Origin: an uncultured virus (IMG/VR IMGVR_UViG_3300009093_000007)
Lineage: Duplodnaviria > Heunggongvirae > Uroviricota > Caudoviricetes
IMG/VR virus record: IMGVR_UViG_3300009093_000007
DNA: 64,000 bases
Direction: 5' to 3' (one strand)
A program made the position numbers and the translations under genes. The notes below the pieces were generated by a model that was not told where the DNA came from, made no database searches, and saw only the letters and a program-made list of their open reading frames with translations. Below, piece by piece: positions 58,824 through 64,000 of this stretch (position 1 is the stretch's first letter; each line of letters opens with the position of its first letter).

Positions 58824-59111
58824 CTATTCCGTCCTCTTAACTTTTCCCGTCAACCCAGGTGCGTACCTTTCCCCTCTCGCTCTCCACCGCGGCAGTAACG
58901 CTATTAAACTCCCATTCCCGCCTGTGCAATCCCAGCACTCCCTATTGTCGTGTGGGAGGTATCCTATTCCCGGTGACGGCGCCGGCTCGTTAAGGTCGCG
59001 CCAGTCCCAAGTAGGGCGGTCGTGTGAGAGATAGAATAGACAGGCGATGATCATCGAGGCTATGACTAATACGAATACGGCTAAGCCTATTATTAGATCC
59101 AGTGTCTCCAC
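58824..59111 (-). CDS. small membrane protein
   Basis: N-terminal TM; AAGGAG RBS. Confidence 0.55.
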   Translation of the reverse strand: METLDLIIGLAVFVLVIASMIIACLFYLSHDRPTWDWRDLNEPAPSPGIGYLPHDNRECWDCTGGNGSLIALLPRWRARGERYAPGLTGKVKRTE

Positions 59112-59113
59112 GT

Positions 59114-59284
59114 TTATTCTCCTTTCTCTGCGGCGCTCGTCAACGTCACGACTTTTCCGCCGTCCGTACGTACTATTATTCTATCACCTATTTGAAGTCC
59201 AGCGATGTCCAGTATCCGCCGCGGGATAGAGATAACGACGGAGCCACCGACGCGGCGGAGCTTGGATGTGGTGATTTCGGTCAT
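59114..59284 (-). CDS. AbrB/MazE-type DNA-binding protein
   Basis: SKLRRVGGSVVISIPRRIL..AGL..GD.I. Confidence 0.8.
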   Translation of the reverse strand: MTEITTSKLRRVGGSVVISIPRRILDIAGLQIGDRIIVRTDGGKVVTLTSAAEKGE

Positions 59285-59740
59285 GTGCCCGCTAACTGTC
59301 CCGATCAAATTCGCCTGTAGCAAGAAAGCAGTGGAGAGCGTATCGTAGCTCCTCGATACAGTCGCGATCTACAACAGTAGAGTTGCTGCCGTATAATTTC
59401 GTTATTTGTACGGCGTCGCCTGATAATCTGGTTATCAGTATATCGGTTTTACCGTTGTCTTTGATCGCTACGGTATCGGATGTTGTGTTTACGTACACCG
59501 GTAATCCTCCTAATTTGTCGCCAGTTAGACGTTAGGGTCGTCTACTATAACTTGCGACAGTTTATTGCCTACTATTTTCTCCGCACGACCGAATAGGCAT
59601 TCAACGATGGTGGCGTTGCCATTATCATCTGGCATTGTGTAGACCACGGTTAAATTACCGGGATAGCTACAAACGAGGACAGGGGAGACGGAGACAGGCC
59701 GGCGTTTCCTTGTTATTTCGTCCATGGCTTGCAGCCTACC

Positions 59741-59810
59741 ACATATCCCGCGGATATGTCAACATATCCGTACATATCTCCCACATATCTCACATATATC
59801 TGGACATACC
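59741..59810. repeat. phased ACATATC repeats
   Basis: Copies at 59741, 59762, 59772, 59783, variants at 59792 and 59804, one inverted at 59753. Confidence 0.8.
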
Positions 59811-59941
59811 TCTACCTGCCTAGGCCTCGCCCGATCTTGCCCGATCCTCTCGACCTCCCCGGGCCGTCCCCGTGCTACCCTTGGGACAAAATACCTCGAC
59901 CGCCCCAAAATGCCCCATACCGCTATCGTCACTGAGACCAA

Positions 59942-62143
59942 ATGACCCAACCGGCTAGGCCTATACTAGATGATGTCAGCGGCCGTCAAGCTGGCGGCAG
60001 TGGGGCTGTCTCGGGCAACGGTGGCGGCGATCCGGCCGGCCCGGCAGCCGGCCTCCACACCCCTCTCGGCCCCTCTGGTCTGCCCGGCCCCGACTCTGCC
60101 CTAGTTCGTCTCCTCTCTTCGGCCCTGGTCGAGCGCCAGCGCTTCCGGGCGTACGGCCCCGGCCCCAACCTCTACGGTGGACGGCGCGACCTCTATGGCG
60201 CGGTGGGTTATCCTAGACAGTTAACGAGTGACGATTACCGCGACTTTTACGAACGTGGCGACGTGGCGGCGAGACTAGTCGAATTCTATCCGCAATCAAC
60301 ATGGCTTCCGGCTGTCGCGGTGAATGAGATAGACGACCCGGATACACAGACGGAATTCGAGCTTATATGGATAGACTTTGATCGTCGATTAAACGTGATA
60401 GCTGATATTTTCATGCGCGCCGATATCCTAGCGTGCACGTATCGCTATTCCGTCATCGTAATCGGCGCACCCGGTGACCTATCAACCGAGTTGCCGCGCG
60501 GCAATGGTCGGCCGGATGCTATCAAATATCTAACCGTACTAGGCGAGGACAGGGCGGCTGTTACTAGGTTAGTCGGCCAAGACGACACCGATGAGAATGG
60601 TCTATACCCCGGTGCGACTGGCTATATAGACCCGGTATCAAGTCCGCGCTTTGGCCTACCGTTAACCTATCGCTGTAAATTCGGCGTTGCCATTAACTAT
60701 TTCACTAGCGATGGATCAGTTAACTCATCAACCGGTTCTCTGATCGAGCGCGATGTCCACTGGTCGCGCGTCTGGCATATGGCTAACGGCACGCTAGACA
60801 ATCGCGTCTATGGCCAGTCTATGTATCGGCGCGTGGCTAATGCGTTAATAGACTACCAAAAACTACGTGCGGCCTACGCGGAGTCGGCATGGAGGACGGC
60901 GAGCCCCAAGATTCATGCCAATATGGACCCGACGATGATGATGTTGCCGGGCGAGGAAGAGCAGTTAAGGGAAGCTATCGATAGGCTACGCCACGATATG
61001 GAAGATGTGGTACGTACCCGTGGTGTGGATATTAAGATGTTGTCATCGCCGGTGGGGTCTATGGAGGCTAACGTCCATACCCTATTACGTGTTATATCGG
61101 CGGCGTGGGGTATTCCGGCGCGCGTGATGACTGGATCGGAAGAGGCTAAAGCTGCCGGGACGCAAGATGACAGACACACGAATGACAGGCAGACGGAGCG
61201 GTGGGGATATTACGCTACGCCACAGCTAGGCGGGTTTATTGGTCGTCTAGCTGATTACAATTACGTGCCGCGGCCGAAGGATTTGACGATTGTGTGGCCG
61301 GAGATTGAGGAACATACGGAATCTGAAAAAGCGACGATTGCCGGTCAGATTGCGTTGGCTAACTCCAATCAAACTAAAGCCGGCGACACGCCGATACGTA
61401 CGTCGGCGGAATTGAGAGACGAATTATGGGGATTGAGAGATCCTATTATTATGCCAGATACCGTGCCAGATCCCAGCCAGAACGATCCTAATCCGAGCGA
61501 TCCAGCAGCCGGCAATCCGACTGCCGATTTAACCCGTTCTGCTAGTCTGTCTTCCGATAGCCGCGTGATCATCATTGGCGGTCCACGGCGTGGGAAATCC
61601 ACTCTCGCCCGCGAACTTCGTGCGGCATCGGCGATTCCAACCTATTGCGGCGATCCGGCCAACCTAGTCAAGGAACCGGAGGACGGTGTCACGTATCTCC
61701 CCGCGAATCTATCGTGGTCGGAATCGTCGGCGTATATCGCTGAGAATTGGTTGACTCAGCCCGGCCCGTGGTGCTGTGAAGGGGTGGCAATGGCCCGGGC
61801 GGTTAGAAAGTTAGTCATGGCGGGGAAGACTGCGGCGCTAGACGGTGTGGATATTGTCGTGTTGACGGAGCCGCACGAGGGGGCGACGGAGACGACAGGG
61901 CAAGCGATTATGGCTAAGGGGGTAATGACAGTGTGGGCGGAAGTGGCTGACTTATTCCCACAAGCCAGAGTCGTATCAACGGTGAGTAATCCTGCTAGAT
62001 ATCCTATAATTGCCGTTGCAGCTAATCGTAAGCTTGATAGTAATCTCGACACGTGGCCAGTGACGATGCCAGCCGGGCGCCGTGCGATAGCGTCGAAAAA
62101 GAATCACAAATCTAGCCCACGGTTTAGTTTTAAGGTGTGGTAA
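59942..62143 (+). CDS. portal protein (DUF1073-like) fused to C-terminal P-loop kinase-like domain
   Basis: GYP..L...DY...YER..VA.R.VE, VHWSRV.H, GIP.R..TGSE...A..QD; RVIIIGGPRRGKSTLA. Confidence 0.8.
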   Translation: MTQPARPILDDVSGRQAGGSGAVSGNGGGDPAGPAAGLHTPLGPSGLPGPDSALVRLLSSALVERQRFRAYGPGPNLYGGRRDLYGAVGYPRQLTSDDYRDFYERGDVAARLVEFYPQSTWLPAVAVNEIDDPDTQTEFELIWIDFDRRLNVIADIFMRADILACTYRYSVIVIGAPGDLSTELPRGNGRPDAIKYLTVLGEDRAAVTRLVGQDDTDENGLYPGATGYIDPVSSPRFGLPLTYRCKFGVAINYFTSDGSVNSSTGSLIERDVHWSRVWHMANGTLDNRVYGQSMYRRVANALIDYQKLRAAYAESAWRTASPKIHANMDPTMMMLPGEEEQLREAIDRLRHDMEDVVRTRGVDIKMLSSPVGSMEANVHTLLRVISAAWGIPARVMTGSEEAKAAGTQDDRHTNDRQTERWGYYATPQLGGFIGRLADYNYVPRPKDLTIVWPEIEEHTESEKATIAGQIALANSNQTKAGDTPIRTSAELRDELWGLRDPIIMPDTVPDPSQNDPNPSDPAAGNPTADLTRSASLSSDSRVIIIGGPRRGKSTLARELRAASAIPTYCGDPANLVKEPEDGVTYLPANLSWSESSAYIAENWLTQPGPWCCEGVAMARAVRKLVMAGKTAALDGVDIVVLTEPHEGATETTGQAIMAKGVMTVWAEVADLFPQARVVSTVSNPARYPIIAVAANRKLDSNLDTWPVTMPAGRRAIASKKNHKSSPRFSFKVW

Positions 62144-62283
62144 AACTAATGCGAGCGACCCATCAACAGAACGCCAACGGCACTCCTCCGGGTCGCCCGC
62201 GCGCTCCGTCAACGGTGTCGGCCGGGGAGAACCGGCCGCGTCGACGTCTCCGAGCTGGAATGAGTAGACCATAGATAGAAGCC

Positions 62284-63684
62284 ATGCACAAGAGGGCAAG
62301 TAAGGCGGTAGTTGCGAGAGGGTCTGGGGGCTTATCCCATCCCGTCGCCATTCCCTCGTCTATTCGCTCGGCTACCCGGTCGCTGTCCTTCCGCTTATCC
62401 TCGGCCAAATGCCGCGAAGAGATCTATCTAGGCGAATCTCATCTAGTCGTTCCCGTAATCCCGCTAGTCGGCAATATCGTATTCTGGCCTACTGGTGCCG
62501 AGGGTTATGAATGGGTGCCGGATTACGTTCTCGCGGCGGCTCCGGTCGGGTGGAATAATCGCCCGGTTGTACCAATCCACCCGGATATATCGCTGCCGAC
62601 CGCTAACACCCCGGAATTCTTGACAGCCTATTGTTTTGGTCAACTATTCAATACTCATTACGGTGCCGATGGCAAGCTGCATACCGAAGCGTGGCTGAAT
62701 CGTACCCGTGCGGCGCAGGTGGGGGCGATGGCAACCGATGTACTAGCGAAGTGTGAATCCGGCGAAATGGTTGAGGTTAGTGTAGGCGCACAGATTCAAT
62801 TTGAAAAGCGCGCCGGATCGTTCAACGGACAATCGTACGTCGGCGTTTGGCGGGGATTGGTGCCTGATCATTTAGCTGTCGGATTGAACGGTTCACCCGG
62901 CGCATGTTCGATTGAAGACGGCTGCGGTGGGCCGCGGACGGCAGTGACGAAGAGGGCGGCAGCAGAGACGGCGACGAAAGCCGCTAAATCCAAATCTAAA
63001 TCCAAATACGTATTCCTTGAATCCAATCGTCCACGATCAATAGGAGCTACCGCTATGCCATCTCTCCGTGAATCTATCACCGGCTTATTAACCGCTCTTC
63101 GTCTATCTGGCACTCCCGCCGAGGACGCCGAGGAAGCGGCTGAGCTAATCGCCTATGGATCAATGCGAGATCTAGTCGATAATGCTATCGCCAAACTCCA
63201 AGCGGCGAAGGTAGATATATTGTCGTTAATCTCAGCTGAGACGGAATCGCCGACCGAAAGCGCGGAAGCGGAATCAGCAGAGGAGACGATAGAGCTAGCG
63301 CAGTATTCGCGGATTAGAACGCTACTCTATTCCGCTGGTGATGAAATCTATGCTGCGTCGAGTGTGGTGTACGATCTCTACCGCGAGCACATGGCCGATA
63401 AGATAGAGGAAGAAGCGGCTAATGACGGCGCGCTACCGGTTGTGATCGTTGGCGATACGCGGTATTACGCCGATGGTAATGGTGGCAACGGACGGTCGGC
63501 GGCTGGCGCGCGGCATAGCAAGGAGGATATGAAGATGATTCAAAACACTCATGATACGACTGTTAAACTCGGCGCGACGTGTGCGACCGAGGAGACGAAA
63601 GCGGCAGCTAAGGCGACAATCGCGACCACGGCGGCAGCGACTGTTAAACCGTGCGGGTGTCACAATACAGCGTCATTGTTTTAA
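62284..63684 (+). CDS. capsid maturation protease (DUF2213-like) with C-terminal scaffold-like region
   Basis: WN..PV...HP, EVSVG, PDHLA, GACSI.DGCG; acidic helical C-terminal half. Confidence 0.8.
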   Translation: MHKRASKAVVARGSGGLSHPVAIPSSIRSATRSLSFRLSSAKCREEIYLGESHLVVPVIPLVGNIVFWPTGAEGYEWVPDYVLAAAPVGWNNRPVVPIHPDISLPTANTPEFLTAYCFGQLFNTHYGADGKLHTEAWLNRTRAAQVGAMATDVLAKCESGEMVEVSVGAQIQFEKRAGSFNGQSYVGVWRGLVPDHLAVGLNGSPGACSIEDGCGGPRTAVTKRAAAETATKAAKSKSKSKYVFLESNRPRSIGATAMPSLRESITGLLTALRLSGTPAEDAEEAAELIAYGSMRDLVDNAIAKLQAAKVDILSLISAETESPTESAEAESAEETIELAQYSRIRTLLYSAGDEIYAASSVVYDLYREHMADKIEEEAANDGALPVVIVGDTRYYADGNGGNGRSAAGARHSKEDMKMIQNTHDTTVKLGATCATEETKAAAKATIATTAAATVKPCGCHNTASLF

Positions 63685-63714
63685 ATGTACCGACTTTAAA
63701 TAGGAGACCGTTAT

Positions 63715-63969
63715 ATGGCCCAACAAGATAAACCACAAGAGCACATTCTACAGTTTTTCGCTTATGATCACTTGCCGCCTGCACTAGCTGCTATTTCGCG
63801 CCCGTTCTGTGAACTAGCAAATGCACTAGTATCAGGCGATAATGTACCAGAATCCGGAACTGTCACTATCGGCGAGGGTCTGCCACGTAACCCCGAACGC
63901 ACCGTTGCGTTGCGTAAGTTGTTAGAATCCAAAGACGCCGCTGTACGAGCCAAGATAGCTAATGGATAA
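63715..63969 (+). CDS. small helical protein, possibly Acb2/Tad1-like
   Basis: FFAYDHLP...PERTVALRKLLESKDAAVRA; AGGAG RBS. Confidence 0.5.
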   Translation: MAQQDKPQEHILQFFAYDHLPPALAAISRPFCELANALVSGDNVPESGTVTIGEGLPRNPERTVALRKLLESKDAAVRAKIANG

Positions 63970-64000
63970 AAACTTTTAAACGTTAGGAGGATTTTTTCAC

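Overview
The window is most of a long-tailed dsDNA phage genome (siphovirus-like). It appears circularly permuted: it ends in the head module (portal, maturation protease), no major capsid gene is visible, and it begins at the head-tail connector genes. Order: (1) a minus-strand unit with a structured leader or ncRNA, a basic peptide and a tRNA(CAT) (51-695); (2) a tail module with a 1291-aa glycosyltransferase-methyltransferase-glycosyltransferase fusion, tail tube, frameshifted chaperone, 2001-aa tape measure, degenerate lysozyme and tail tip/fibre genes (727-23139); (3) a membrane/lysis-like cassette led by a stand-alone ETR1-type ethylene-binding domain (23868-25468); (4) replication and nucleotide genes: DinG helicase, PD-(D/E)XK nuclease, AAA ATPase, MazG-like, ERCC4 nuclease, split UDG-exo/PolA, ThyX (26511-43979); (5) divergent early small genes with repeated sigma70-like, partly leaderless promoters (43983-54853); (6) an inverted operon ending in the terminase large subunit (54988-59725); (7) a portal fused to a P-loop kinase, protease/scaffold and a possible anti-defence sponge (59942-63969). 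I recognised no integrase, primase, CRISPR array, reverse transcriptase or intact endolysin. All assignments come from motif recognition by eye; no searches were run.
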